Source of the DNA: Octopus vulgaris
Lineage: Eukaryota
Assembly (NCBI GenBank): GCA_951406725.2
Contig: OX597834.1
Span: 6,448,001 to 6,512,000 of the forward strand
Length of the DNA stretch: 64,000 nucleotides
Direction of reading: 5' to 3'
Part shown: positions 27,171 through 42,630 of the stretch, piece by piece
Layout: each line of letters begins with the position of its first letter
Position numbering within the stretch: the first letter of the stretch is position 1
Program-made: the position numbers and the translations under genes
The notes under the pieces: model-generated
What the model was told of the DNA's origin: nothing
The model's database searches: none
What the model saw: the letters and a program-made list of their open reading frames with translations, nothing else

Positions 27171-27711
27171 TGAGGAAGATTTTCACTATAGTGTCATCAA
27201 TGTGCCATAAAAGTAAATCACACATGATAATGAGGAGTACAGCTGGCAATTAGTGCTGAAACCAAACCTTTCTATGAGTGGATGCCCATCATAATACCAA
27301 CCAATTTATTGGATGTGTTTATTTGTTGGGTGGGTTGTCCACACGAGGGAGTCATAAAGTGACTTTCAAGGGGAAATATTGCCCACAATTGATGGAGGTG
27401 AAGGGGAGAGAGATATATAGCTTTATACCTGGTGTCGAAAAACTCAAGTATGTGAGAGAGGATAGATAGCTATCTTGCTGGAAAGAAAGACAAGATAGTG
27501 ATGCTGAATTGTCAGAAAGTAGAAGAGACTGGCAGAAAATGCAACAGATTTAAGCATAAACTTACCAGGCATGGATAGGTGCACGGATAGTATATATATA
27601 TATGTCTAATGCCAAATATGCTGAAATTAGACAAATTGTCAATAATCATTATGATTTATGCATCTCAAAACAAGCTGATAAATTTTTCTTTTGCCCTTAT
27701 TTTATAAGTTA

Positions 27712-28107
27712 CTAGCAGTATCGCCCGGCGTTGCTCGGGTTTGTAAGGGAAATAACTATATAAGCATTTTTAGAGAGTTATAGCCCAAAAATAGCAAAAA
27801 AATGCATTAAAAATGGGAAAAAAATGATGGTAATTTTTTTTAAATCGTTGACTCATCGTAGACATTTTTAGAGAGTTACTTCCCTTATATAATACCGAAA
27901 AAATGCATTAAAATGGAAAAAAATGATGGTAAATTTTTTTTTAAATCGTAGACTCATCGTAGACGCGCGCTAATACCCAGAAGGTCTCGATATGAATCAC
28001 AACTATAAGATACCCGGTTTTGGTTAAACTGCACCGCAAAATGTAGGAGTAGTTAGGAATCTAAATCGTAGGAGACAGACACACAACCTTACTTTTATAT
28101 ATAAAGA
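27712..28107 (-). mobile_element. Non-autonomous Helitron with internal ~100-bp duplication
   Basis: Minus strand TC...CTAG, A|T insertion site, homologous to 21053-21349. Confidence 0.9.
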
Positions 28108-28566
28108 TTTATAAATTTAACCTTTAAAGGTATTTTTTAATATACTACCCATTGATAAATTGTTTTTTTTTCGAAAAATATTTTATCCTACATTAGATGT
28201 ATATATATGTCTATATATATATATATGTGTGTGTATGTGTGTGTGTATGTGTGAGAGTGAGGGCACACTGTTTAGGGGTTAGGGTGCGGTGCTGCCCTCA
28301 TAATCACGAGATCGTGGTTTCAATTCCTAGACCAGGTGGTGTGTTGTGTTCTTGAGCAAAACACTTCATCTCTCACTGCTCTGCAATCACTTACACACCT
28401 GACATTTGGTACAATGTGCACCTGTTCAGACGATGTTGATTTAATGAAGAGAATGAGTTGATGAATGGCACAAACATTTGATCATTATAAGCAAATTGTT
28501 TGTGCTGGTCGTTCAGCAAAGGCTGAATTCTCACATCTCTTGAGGCCATCATTATATATATATATA

Positions 28567-28960
28567 CTAGCAGCATAGCCCGGCGTTGCCCGAGTATGTA
28601 AGAGCCCCTAGTAGGCAACGACTAATCCCAATCTAGTTCTTTCCCTCCAGGGAACGAAGGCGCATGTGTAGGTTGCAATGTCTTCTCTTCACTCGAATAC
28701 TTCTGTGTATACGATATTCCTAGCTGTCTCCCGACAGAAAATGTGTTGCATATAAAAAGCTTAGATTCTCGACCCCATGTCGAATTTATCGATTTTTATT
28801 CAGAACTGGGGGAACTTTTCAAAATTTTCGCTGCGTTAGTTTTGAATTATGACATTGGGCTATGTGTGTGTCAAGTTTCATCAGAATCGGTTGAAAGCTG
28901 TGGTCAGGGTGAGGGTACAACCTGACAGACACACAGACAGGCAAACTGCCGTTCATATAT
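28567..28960 (-). mobile_element. Second non-autonomous Helitron family
   Basis: Plus strand ctagcagcatagcccggcgttgcccgag (3' CTAG and hairpin as in the other family), different interior, 5' end merges into (TA)n. Confidence 0.7.
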
Positions 28961-28998
28961 ATATATATATATATATATGTGCATGTGTGTATGCATAC

Positions 28999-29043
<45 letters not shown>

Positions 29044-29061
29044 TGTATGCATATATATACA

Positions 29062-30719
<1,658 letters not shown>

Positions 30720-30735
30720 TATTTATACTTGTATA

Positions 30736-31142
30736 TACTCTTTTACTCTTTTTACTTGTTTCAGTCATTTGACTGCGGCCATGCTGGAGCACCGCCTTTA
30801 GTCGAGCAAATCGACCCCGGGACTTATTCTTTGTAAGCCCAGTACTTATTCTATCGGTCTCTTTTGCCGAACCGCTAAGTGACGGGGACGTAAACACACC
30901 AGCATCAGTTGTCAAGCAATGCTAGGGGAACAAACACAGACACACAAACATATTCACACACACTTATATATATATACATATATACGACAGGCTTCTTTCA
31001 GTTTCCGTCTACCAAATCCACTCACAAGGCATTGGTCAGCCCGGGGCTATAGCAGAAGACACTTGCCCAAGGTGCCACGCAGTGGGACTGAACCCGGAAC
31101 CATGTGGTTGATTAGCAAGCTACTTACCAAACAGCCACTCCT
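30736..31142 (-). mobile_element. SINE family A
   Basis: Full-length match. Confidence 0.9.
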
Positions 31143-31187
31143 ATATATATATATATAGAAAAAGAGAGAGAGAGAGATAAGATATAT

Positions 31188-31250
<63 letters not shown>

Positions 31251-32321
31251 GCTTAACGTCCGTTTTCCATGCTAGCACGGGTTAAATAGATAGATAGATA
31301 GATAGATAGATAGTGCTTATATAAAATAAAGTTTCCATTTTCATTTCCTTTCGCTTGATATTACAGGAGCAGACATTTGCCTGTACAATGGTGCTGTGTA
31401 GAAGAATAGATCCTGAGACCACATAGTTACAAAGTGAACGTCATACCACACAGCATGCACATATCCATGCCTGGTAAGAATTATACTTAAATCTGTCACA
31501 GACCTCTAAATAGCTCTATATCATTTTTTTTCATATTTATTATTAAAATTTAAATTACAAGCTTTCATGAACCAAGACAAAAGCATAGATATTTTTATTA
31601 AAAAAAAAATGAAAAATAAAGTGGAAAATGTATTATTAAATTTAAGGATGAAAATGAAAGAATATTTTAATGACAATAGAAGTATATTTAACAATAATTT
31701 TCATATTTTCATCCAATAGTTATGCTTCCATAGTTTTAGTAGTATTTTGAGAATTTAATATTTGAACTTTTGTTTATATTCTCCTTAAATTAGTAATATG
31801 AAAACACATACTTATTATATATGTGACAGTGTGCGTGATTCCAAAAACAAACCAAAAACTGTTTAGCACTACAAGAAAACTTATAATATTGTATCAGACA
31901 GTATGTAACTGATACAAAATGTTTAATATTAAATAAATACATTCTTCTTGTCGGACAGTGTCTGGTCATAAAAGATGTTTATTCAGCCTTGAAACTTGGT
32001 TTCTTTGTGGTTCCTTTGCATTGAAATTTATTCCAGCTTTGTTTCTTTTAAAATAGCATCAACTTTTGATATTTGTATATTTTTCCCTTTTGTTTTTTTC
32101 TTTGTTTTGTTACTTCCTGATTTTATTGTGCTTTTTCAAGACCTTATTTCTTTTATATTTTCCATGTTTCTTTTACAATAATTTATTGTTTTTTTTTGTT
32201 TTTTTTTGTTATTTTACTGCAATTATGGCAAATCATTGGTTTTGCTTTAAATTTTTCAATGTTAAAGTTTCTAATTTATGGCATGATCCTGCTGTGGTCT
32301 GGTGGGTATCTGAAGAGATTA

Positions 32322-32685
32322 AGTTGGCTGTGTGGTTAAGAAGCTTGTTTTGCAACCATTTGGTCCTAAGTTCAATCTCCCCTTGAGAAACTGTCTTCTA
32401 CTATAGTCCTGGGTTGACCAATGCCTTGAGTAGATTTGATTGACAGTAACTGTGGGGAAGCCCATCGTATGTATATTTATGTGTGTTTGTGTGTCTTTTT
32501 ATTTTCCACTTTACTATTCAACAACCATTGTTTGTTTGTTTATGTCCTCATAACTTGGCAGTTTAATGAAGAAGACAGATAAAATAATTACCAGGCTTAA
32601 AATATGTACCAGAGTTGATTTGTTTGACTAAACACTTCAAGGTGGTGCCCCAGCATGGCCACAGTCCAATGGCAGAAGAAAGTGA
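32322..32685 (+). mobile_element. SINE family A, old diverged copy
   Basis: tggctgtgtggttaagaagcttg...ggtggtgccccagcatggccacagtc. Confidence 0.7.
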
Positions 32686-32719
32686 ATGGGGAAACTAATG
32701 TTTATTTATGCCATAATAA

Positions 32720-32900
32720 TGGTTTCAAATTTTGGCACAAGACCAGCAGTTTTGGGGAAGAGGGTTAGTCAATTATATTGACCCCAATATTCAACTGGTA
32801 CTTATTTTATCGACCCCTAAAAGGATGAAAGGCAAAGTCAACTCTGGTGGGATTTGAACCCAGCCTGGCATGCTAACGATTCAGCCAACTTGCTGCCTTC
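32720..32900 (-). mobile_element. SINE family B, diverged
   Basis: cgacccctaaaaggatgaaaggcaaagtcaac core. Confidence 0.7.
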
Positions 32901-32989
32901 ACTTATACCATAATAATAATCCTCTCTAACAAAGACAGAAATCCCTAAAAGAGTAATGTACCTGGGGTTGACTACACCAACCCCAGGTA

Positions 32990-33228
32990 CTTTACTCTTT
33001 TACTTGTTTCAGTCATTTGACTGTGGCCATGCTGGAGCACCACCTTTAGTCAAGCTAATCGACCCTAGAACTTATTCTTTATAAGCCTAGTACTTATTCT
33101 ATCGGTCTTTTTTGCTGAACTGCTAAGTTACGGGGACGTAAACACACCAACATCACTTGTTAAGGGATGTTGTGGGGACAAACACAGACACACAAACATA
33201 CACACACACTTACATATATATACACACG

Positions 33229-33272
<44 letters not shown>

Positions 33273-33455
33273 TATATACATACATATATACGACAGGCTT
33301 CTTTCAGTTTCTGTCTACCAAGTCCACTCACAAGAGTTTGGTTGGCCCGAGGCTGTAGTAGAAGACACTTGCCCAAGGTGCCACACAGGGGGATTGAACC
33401 TGGAACCATGTGGTTTGTAAGCATGCTGCTTACCACACAGCCACTCCTACGCCTA
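32990..33455 (-). mobile_element. SINE family A
   Basis: Full-length match. Confidence 0.9.
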
Positions 33456-34590
33456 TTATTTTATGAATCCTGGAAAAGTAATGGGCAAGCAAACCTCAGC
33501 TGGGTTTTGAGAAGAATTTTGGAGATGGTAACTATGCAGAAACCTGTCATATATGTCTGTATATATGAATGTATATCTGTAAATATTTGTCTGCAGTGTT
33601 TATAAGTGCAAGCTGTAAACAAAATTCCCTTATGTGATATTTGTTCTGCCCGTGTTGTGCAGACAATCCATTGATATTCTCCTCATTACAAATACTATGA
33701 ATCTGAGAATGGACCATTTAAAACATAAAACCAGGAATAATATTGTTCACAAAACGTGATATAAATATATTAATAAACAAATTAACGAAGTGAATACAAT
33801 CTCAGTCTAATTTATGATGTTTTCAGCGATTATGGCGTAATTTATTATGTTGTCTGTGATTTTTGATGTTATATATTGTATCTTGTGCAACATTCATGAT
33901 AATATGTGATATTCCTAATTATTTTATGATTACTTGTCGGTAATTTGGGATGTGTTGTGTCATAACTATTATCAGTTATTTATTTTTCGTGTTTTCATAA
34001 TCTGTTGTCTGTCTTCTTCATAATTTGAAAAGAGAGCCAATTGTTGAATAGATAACATTTTAACATCTCACCTGAAATGAGCTTTAGATTATATCAATTA
34101 TTAGCATTCTATTGTCATTAGTGAGCAATTGTAACCAACTGAAAATGAGATGCCACTAGGGAAGGAAACTGCTCATCAATATCTCATTGATAATATTGTC
34201 TCATTGACAATTAGGAAGGGATGTGGAGATGAGAGAGGGAGAGAAGGAGAGAGAGAGAGAGAGAAGTGGTTTTTAACAATATTAAACTTGAATATTCACC
34301 AAGAAGAATGTATATGTCACCAAGTTTAATGTTGCTTAGTTATCAATAAAATTACACATATGTTCTTGTCAAATACCTAACTTAACATTGAAAACTTGAC
34401 AAGATGATTTTATCTAATACTGATAATATTAAGTGTTCGTATGTGCTTAATGATAGAAGCAAATAACTGTCTACCGCAACAGAATTGAGGTCCTATAACC
34501 AAGGTGTCATGTAAAAACTATTGGTGTGAGTGTTGGAGTCACATAAAAAGCACTGGTGATGGTGCCACTTAAAAGGCACCCAGTACACAG

Positions 34591-34753
34591 GGCAGGAGTG
34601 GCTGTGTGGTAAGTAGCTTGTTTACCAACCACATGGTTCCGGGTTCAGTCCCACTGCGTGGCACCTTGGGCAAGTGTCTTCTACTATAGCCTCGGGCCGA
34701 CCAAGGCCTTGTGAGTGGATTTGGTAGACGGAAACTGGAAGAAGCCCGTTGTA

Positions 34754-34805
<52 letters not shown>

Positions 34806-35030
34806 CATGTGTGTTTGTGTGTCTGTGTTTGTCCCATCCAACATCGCTTGACAACCAATGCTGGTGTGTTTACATCCCCGTTACTTAGCGGTTCAGCAAA
34901 AGAGACCGATAGAATAAGTACTGGGCTTACAAAGAATAAGTCCTGGGGTCGAGTTGCTCGAGTAAAGGCGGTGCTCCAGCATGGCCACAGCAATCAAATG
35001 ACTGAAACAAGTAAAAGAGTAAAAGAGTAT
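34591..35030 (+). mobile_element. SINE family A (left member of an inverted pair)
   Basis: Full-length match. Confidence 0.9.
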
Positions 35031-35074
35031 ATATATATATATATAAAGACTATGAAAATACTCTCTCTTTTTTC

Positions 35075-35285
35075 TTTTCTCTTTTTTACTTGTTTCAGTC
35101 ATTTGACTGCGGCCATGCTGGAGCACTGCCTTTAGTCGAGCAAATCGACCCCGGGTCTTATTCTTTGTAAGCCCAGTACTTATTCTATCAGTCTCTTTTG
35201 CCGAACCGGTAAGTGACGGGGACGTAAACACACCAGCATCGGTTGTCAAGCAATGCTAGGGGGACAAACACAGACACACAAACAT

Positions 35286-35332
<47 letters not shown>

Positions 35333-35492
35333 TACGACAGGCTTCTTTCAGTTTCCATCTACCAAATCCACTCACAAGGTATTGGTCGGCCCGGGGCTAT
35401 AGTAGAAGACACTTGCCCAAGATGCCACGCAGTGGGACTGAACCCGGAACCATGTGGCTGGTTAGCAAGCTACTTACCACACAGCCACTCCT
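35075..35492 (-). mobile_element. SINE family A (right member of an inverted pair)
   Basis: Full-length match, tail-to-tail with 34591-35030. Confidence 0.9.
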
Positions 35493-36049
35493 TCGTGTTC
35501 ACATCACAAGAGTTTTCTTTCTTTTTTCCGAAGCTTGGCCATTACTGGAAGGGGAAATTTATTGTGACCGAGTGGTTTGGAACCAGCCAGAGATCTGCAA
35601 GTAGCATGTTGAAATGGTAAGAGGGTATATTGTCAGTGACAACCATTCCAGCATTCCTCTCAAACTATTCCCATTTCATATGAGTTGGTTGCTGTTGAGG
35701 ACTTTATTGCTGTTGTTTCTTTCATCTCAGTCAGCTGCAGAAGTGTCAGTTACAGGTGTTGTTTACATATTGGCATTCACACTGGAGAACTGAGAGAAAC
35801 ATCTCTTGCTCATGTGGTGTGAGGCAGCCTTTTTTTTATTTCATTCGGTGGAATTCTTCTTTTCCTTTTTTTTTTTTCTTTTTGTTTGGGTAGAGATAGG
35901 GGATGACTAATCTCGGAATAAATTTTGTTTTGTATTTTTTTTTGTATTTTTTTTAGCATTTTATTCTGTATTTTTTTCTTGTTTTTATTCTATAATTTCT
36001 CTGCTTGGTGTTTTGTGAGGATGAGCTTTCTGATAGCCAAATCGATGGT

Positions 36050-36076
36050 ACACACACAACACACACACACACACAC

Positions 36077-36161
<85 letters not shown>

Positions 36162-36230
36162 AAACACACACAAACACACACACACACACAAACACACACA
36201 AACACACACACACACACACACACACATACA

Positions 36231-36306
<76 letters not shown>

Positions 36307-36327
36307 ACAAACACACACAAACACACA

Positions 36328-36391
<64 letters not shown>

Positions 36392-36467
36392 CACACACAC
36401 ACACAGCAAACACACACACACAAACACACACACGCACACACATACACACACACACACATACACACAC
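36050..36467. repeat. (CA)n microsatellite, about 420 bp
   Basis: Visible. Confidence 0.95.
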
Positions 36468-36712
36468 TTTTGGTAAAGTGGTGTTTTTTCTCTCCTTTTC
36501 TTTCTTCCCGAAGTGAAGTGAAGTCATCAAGTTATTCTCTTCCCAAGACAACAAAACTTTGGTTCTTTTTGATTTCCTGCTGGTTTGGCTAAAGCTTACC
36601 ATATATTTTGTTTTGGAAGAATCTTGATGTGTAACTATGCATCAAAGCTAATGCAACTATACATCGGGTATGTCATACTGCTAATAAATAAATCGTTAAA
36701 CAAATTCAGACA

Positions 36713-37056
36713 TTATTACCTCCACCTTAGCAAAGGCAGAGAAGGCATTGTTTTCAGTCACGTTTGTTTGTCTGTGGACAAGATATCTCAAGAACTTTCA
36801 GGGATGTTTGGCCTTGCGACTAGCATAAAACGATTAGATTTTGGGATAGATTCAGTACCAGACAAGGATTCTAGATTATTTTTCCTTTTTTTTACTTAAT
36901 TTTTGACAGTGGTTGGATTCATTTTTAGCATTGTCCTTTGTAAGTGCAGTCAAGTTTATTTCAGATGTTCTCATTTTAAAAATCGTCTCTGGCTAATCGT
37001 TGAGAGGATTTTGGGGTTGCCTTGGTGGAGGTTTGCACTCTGTGAGGGCTCTTGTT
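36713..37056 (+). mobile_element. Helentron-associated non-autonomous element (HINE/DINE-like)
   Basis: Sub-terminal IR acctccacc/ggtggaggt, gtttgtttgtctgt microsatellite after the 5' end, 3' hairpin gcactc(tgt)gagggc, T-rich flanks. Confidence 0.7.
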
Positions 37057-37109
37057 TATATATATTATTATAGCTGAGGTCTTCTCAATATACATATATA
37101 TGTGTGTAT

Positions 37110-37140
<31 letters not shown>

Positions 37141-37243
37141 GTTAATCCAAACAAGAAAACACAAAAAAACACAAAAAAAGACAACAACGCGAGGACGTGG
37201 AACAAATAAAGTATTATTGGACGCTCAAGAAAGAAGGGAAGAA

Positions 37244-37278
37244 GTTTAACGTTTCGAGCGGAGCTCTTCGTCGGAAAC
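37244..37278 (-). ncRNA. Minimal type I hammerhead motif (C4 variant) in Penelope-like repeat 37140-37290
   Basis: GUUU-CCGACGA-A-GAGC(UCC)GCUC-GAAA-CG-UU-AAAC. Confidence 0.55.
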
Positions 37279-37614
37279 AAAGGAGAAGGAGTGTACTGGG
37301 TGCTTTTATATGGTACTGGGTCAGTGCCTGTATGTGGTTCTGGCATGGGTGCTTTTTATGTGGCACACCAGCACCCATGGGCCTTCAAGATTGAAGATCA
37401 CTTGGCTTAAGAGAAATAGAGGGGAAATGCCTGTATGCAAGGGACACAACACACACACACACACACACACACACATGCACACACACACACACACACATTC
37501 TTTTCTTCTTTTACTTGTTTCAGTCATTTGATTGCGACCATGCTGAAGCACCACCTGAAAGGGTTTTTTTCTTTTTAGTTGTAGAAATATAGATATGGCT
37601 TTGCTGATCACTTA

Positions 37615-37750
37615 AAGTGGAGGGAAGTTGTGGAAGAAGAGGGAGACCCAAGAAGACATGGGATGAAGTATTTGGAGGCCAATCTGAAAATGCTGACCCT
37701 TACGAAAGATATGACGGAGGACCGAAATATGTGGAGTATTGCTGTACTCA
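37615..37750 (+). pseudogene. RTE-X-like LINE ORF C-terminal remnant
   Basis: VEGSCGRRGRPKKTWDEV motif. Confidence 0.65.
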
Positions 37751-38205
37751 TCTCTTCTCATGCCAAAGAATTGTTAGCAATTTTGTATCTAAAATGAACA
37801 ATAAAATCAATACTAGACAATTCCACGTTTCATATAATCAACTAAACAACCCTGAAAGTAGTGATCCAGCATGGCCACAGTTGAATGTGTAAGGGCAATA
37901 GAGAAAAAAAAAAAGAGTATATAAGTGTGCGTGTTTGTGTGTGTGATTGTGTGCGTATGTGTCTAATATATAATTCAAATCTAATTGCCGAATTGTTAGA
38001 GTAAACAAGGGATTAAGAAGCAGTGCATAAAATTTCTTACAGCTGTTTCTAGAATAGCTGTGCATATTTCACTGAGCAAAGACTTCCATATGAAAGCCAA
38101 CTGCTCTGTTTTCAGTGAGGAAGAATTGACAAATATCCTCAATACAGGACATTAGTAATTATCATTTCCATTGTTGAAGGGTTTATGATTATCCTTTATT
38201 AAAGA

Positions 38206-38602
38206 CTAGCAGTATTGCCCGGCGTTGCTCGTGTTTGTAAGGGAAATAACTATATAAGCATTTTTAGAGAGTTATAGCCAAAAAATAGCAAAAAATGCAT
38301 TAAAAATGGAAAAAAAAATTATGGTAATTTTTTTTTTAAATCGTTGACTCATCGTAGCCATTTTTAGAGAGTTACTTCCCTTATATAATAGCGAAAAAAT
38401 GCATTAAAATGGAAAAAAATGATGGTAAATTTTTTTTTTAATCGTAGACTCATTGTAGATGCGCGCTAATACCCTAAGGGCTCGATATGAATCACGACTA
38501 TAAGATACCCGGTTTTGGTTAAACTGCACTGCAAAATGTGGGAGTAGTTAGGAATCTAAATCGTAGGAGACAGACACACAACTTCACTTTTATATATAAA
38601 GA
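38206..38602 (-). mobile_element. Non-autonomous Helitron with internal duplication
   Basis: TC...CTAG termini, A|T site, close match to 27712-28107. Confidence 0.9.
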
Positions 38603-39010
38603 TATTCCTTAATTCTTCCTCTCTAAAGATGGAATAGTAGGCTCTTATATAGAAATATGTACTCAATAAAATAAGGACCTATAAGATATGAATAGCTATT
38701 TTAGAAACAGCTGCAAGATACTTTATGTAGATCTTAATTCCTCGTCTACCATAACAACTCTGGAACTATTTTTGAATTGTAAATTACCTGCTCTAAAGTG
38801 GCACCACTTGTTTTAGTTGTTCATTCTTTCTAGATAGGTATATATATATATACGCTCAATGATGAACCACTTATAGCCATACCTTGCTAAGCAGCTATAA
38901 CATTACTTCTGTTTTAATCACAGTTCAGCTTGGAGTTTTAGTGGTAAACAAACCTCATCACTTATCGTATATACCTATTGCATTACGTCACGAGACAAAA
39001 TTTTATCTGT

Positions 39011-39078
<68 letters not shown>

Positions 39079-39265
39079 TATGTATATATATATATATATA
39101 AGTATGTATATATATATATGTGTATATGTATATATGTATATATATATATATAAGTATGTATATATATATATATAAGTATGTATATATATATATATATAGT
39201 ATATATATATATATATATTTGTGTGTGTGTGTATAACTATATATGCATGTGTATGTATGTGTGTA

Positions 39266-39311
<46 letters not shown>

Positions 39312-39744
39312 AGAAATGCTTTAGCATTTGTCTTTCGGGTATTGGGGTATTAAATTAAGGGAATTTCTGTATGAATTTTTGGCTGTTGATTTGTAAGTAG
39401 CATAACAAGATTTCCTTTATGACAAAATATAATTTGCCTCGAAACAAATTATAATGGAAATTTTGACACAATGCAGCTTTGATATTCCTCAGTGTTGTTG
39501 TTTTTGTTGCTGTTGATGTCAAATGAATTTTTTTCCTGCTTCTAAAATGTAAACATAAATTCCAGGAATATATTTATATAATTTTAGAGAAAGGCTTAGC
39601 TGAGATGAAAATAGACCCAAATGCTGTTTGAGATTTTTCTGTAACTCTTATCATAGTCAATTAAGGCAAGGTACCATGGCTTAGCAAACGTTGTGAGGGA
39701 TGCCTTAGATGAAGATACCAAGCAGATACCAAGATTAAAAATTC

Positions 39745-40143
39745 AGTTTCCATGCTGGCATGGGTTGGACAGTTTGTCAGGAGGTTGCCATCTGAAGAGC
39801 TTCCCAGGTTACAACTGTCTGTTCTGGCATGGTTTCTATGGTTGGATGCCCTTCCTAATGCCAACCACTTTACAGAGTGTGCTAGGTGCTTTTATGTAGC
39901 ACCAGCCACAGGTGCTTCTTACATGACACTAGCACTCATGACCCCCCTGCAATATTAAGAATGCTCAGCTGAAGAGGGATTCAGGGGATATGCTTGTATG
40001 CAAGGTCAACCCTGTACTTACTTAGCTTGGCATCTCTTCTCAAGCACAGCAAACCACCAGAAGTCTCAGTCCTCTGTCATCCCCTTTGTGAAGACCAACA
40101 TTTGAAGATACTTTCTCACCACTTCATCCCAAGTCTACCTGGG
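39745..40143 (-). mobile_element. Decayed RTE-X-like LINE 3' end continuing into a family C 3' UTR
   Basis: Minus PR*TWDEVVRKYLQML...DFWWFAVLEK followed by the Meta-like core and ccatgccagcatggaaa. Confidence 0.7.
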
Positions 40144-40180
<37 letters not shown>

Positions 40181-40262
40181 ATCTAAATATGAAAACACAA
40201 CGCAAGGATGTGGAACAAGTATAGTGTTATTGGACGCTCAGCAAAGGAAAGAAAGAAGGAGG

Positions 40263-40297
40263 ATTTAACGTTTCGAGCGGAGCTCTTCGTCAGAAAC
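40263..40297 (-). ncRNA. Minimal type I hammerhead motif with canonical core in Penelope-like repeat 40176-40372
   Basis: GUUU-CUGACGA-A-GAGC(UCC)GCUC-GAAA-CG-UU-AAAU; palindromic ACGU helix III. Confidence 0.6.
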
Positions 40298-40369
40298 ATA
40301 GGAAAAGGAAAGATCCAAGGAAGGGAAGACAGAGGAAAAAATCGCCAACAGTACACATGCGGTCACATT

Positions 40370-40419
<50 letters not shown>

Positions 40420-40420
<1 letters not shown>

Positions 40421-40578
40421 TACGACGGGCTTCTTTCAGTTTCCATCTGCCAAATCCACTCACAAGGCTTTGGTCGGCCCGAGGCTATAGCAGAAGACAC
40501 TTGCCCAAGGTGCCACACAGTGGGACTGAACCCGGAACCATGTGGTTGGTAAGTAAGCTACTTACCACACAGTCACTC
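40420..40578 (-). mobile_element. SINE family A 5' half
   Basis: tRNA-like head match. Confidence 0.85.
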
Positions 40579-41516
40579 AATATAATAATAATATAATAAT
40601 AATAATAAAAAAAAAAATTTATATCTATATATTGGTTATTTATGTATTGGTTTATGTCTATCACTGTTTGAGTTGCATAATAGTGGTTTTATTTCTAATA
40701 TATATATATATATAGTAATTAAGGTTAAAACTAATTAATTACGAAGTAATCAATAAATTTCACCAAGTAGAATTCAGTATGAAAACAGGACCGTTATACG
40801 GTAAATTCTAGTAATACTAATATTAAGGGATCAGCAAAAGAAATGCATCACCACATACCGAAGTTCAGAAATAGCAGCCAAAATCTAAGCCATTTCTTCT
40901 ACTTAAAAAAGGTCTACTAGAGAAACGATAATACTTGAATCTTACACATATATATATATATATTTATACTTATATATATATGTGTATATATATATACATA
41001 TATATATATCAATATCAGGCATGACTCTGTAGTAAGAATTTGGCTTCTTAATCACCTGGTTCCAAGTTTAGTGCCATTGCCTAACAGTTTGGGAAGTTAT
41101 CCTTCTATCATATCCTGAGGCCAACAAAAGCCTTATGAGTGGATTCTTTAGATGGAAACTAAAAAGATGCTCCTTATGTGTGTGTGTAGATATATATGTA
41201 TATATGTGTATGTATTTGTATGTTGTGACTGTGCTATGTAAAAGCACCATGCAGTTCCACATGAAAGTGTCCATGTGATTTCACATAAAAATGATAGTGC
41301 AGTGCCACGTAGAAGCACTCGTGTGGTGCCATGTAATAGTGCCCAGCACACTCTGCAAAGTGGTTGGCATAAAGATGGGCATCAAGCCATAGAAACCATG
41401 CCAAATCAGACTGGGGTTTGGTGCTTCCCCCCCAGCTTACCATCTCTGGTCACACTGTTCAATCTATGCCAACATGGACAACATATTTTAAATGAGGATG
41501 ATAATTATGATATATA

Positions 41517-41552
<36 letters not shown>

Positions 41553-41769
41553 AATTAATTTAGAGATAAAACCACTATTAGGCAAATCAAACAGTGAAAA
41601 ACATAAAACAAAACATAAAAATAAAAAATAATTAATATAATATACAAAATATATAAAATATAAAATTAAAAAATTTTAAATTATTTAAATTTAAAATTAA
41701 AATTATTAATTTATTTATATAAATTTTTATAAATTTTTAAATATTTTTTTATATACATAAATTTAAATT

Positions 41770-42200
41770 TAATATTATAAGGTTGAAAAGTTGAATATTA
41801 ATTTGATTAATATCAATTTAAAACCAGTGGTCTAACATATAAAAAAATCTGAAGATTCAGAAAAATTATATTACATACTTATAAGAGAGAGAACCACTAA
41901 GTGGACATCCATTATGCTAGAAGTTGACCCCCTGTGGTCTTACCACTAAGACATGATTGTTTTCAAGAAAATTTAGCAAACGCCAGAACGTAGGTGAGCA
42001 AGACAAATGAAAAAATACAAAATTACAGATTAATCACAAACCTGGTTTCATTGTTACCACTTACATAATCACTAACGTAGATATCCGCAACTCATTAGTG
42101 TGATCATCATAGCTAAATATAATTTGCAGAACTATTTACGAGACGTCCGCATGAGATTGAACATGTATATAGTTCTACCAATTATATTTGGGGTGCTAAA
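41770..42200 (-). mobile_element. Diverged relative of the 507-bp hammerhead repeat; hammerhead motif at 42033-42104
   Basis: Shares accagtggtcta.catat, aatc.gaagatt and aagtggaca...atgctaga with 46140-46275; AUCACA-CUAAUGA-GUUG...CAAU-GAAA-CCAGG-UU-UGUGAU. Confidence 0.7.
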
Positions 42201-42361
42201 ATACCGTAATATACTACAAAGTATATTAAGGCTTTATAAGTCAATACTTTATCCTACCTGTGTTAGCAGTGCTATTAAATCACATGTTAAGGTTATAACT
42301 ACAGATTTTCTATTGAAATTTGATTCAATTGTCTCTAATTTCTGTCGGAAATGCATATAGT

Positions 42362-42577
42362 ATCTTTGTGTCTGTGTTTTTACCCTGCCCATCACTTAAC
42401 TGTTGTTGGTTTGTTTACATCCCTATAACTTAGAGTCTTGTGAAAGCAAATGATAGAATAAGTACCAAACTTTAAAAAAAAGACAGAAGTAGTGATGCTG
42501 ATCAGTTTGACTAAAATCCTTCAAGTTGGTGTCCCAGGATGGCTGCAGCTCAGTTACTGAAACATATAAAGCATAAA

Positions 42578-42630
<53 letters not shown>

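Noticed and set aside
35534-35616. Plus-strand exon candidate (pyrimidine tract-AG ... GTAAGA)
   Set aside because: Abuts a SINE, unrecognised peptide, opposite strand to other candidates; too weak
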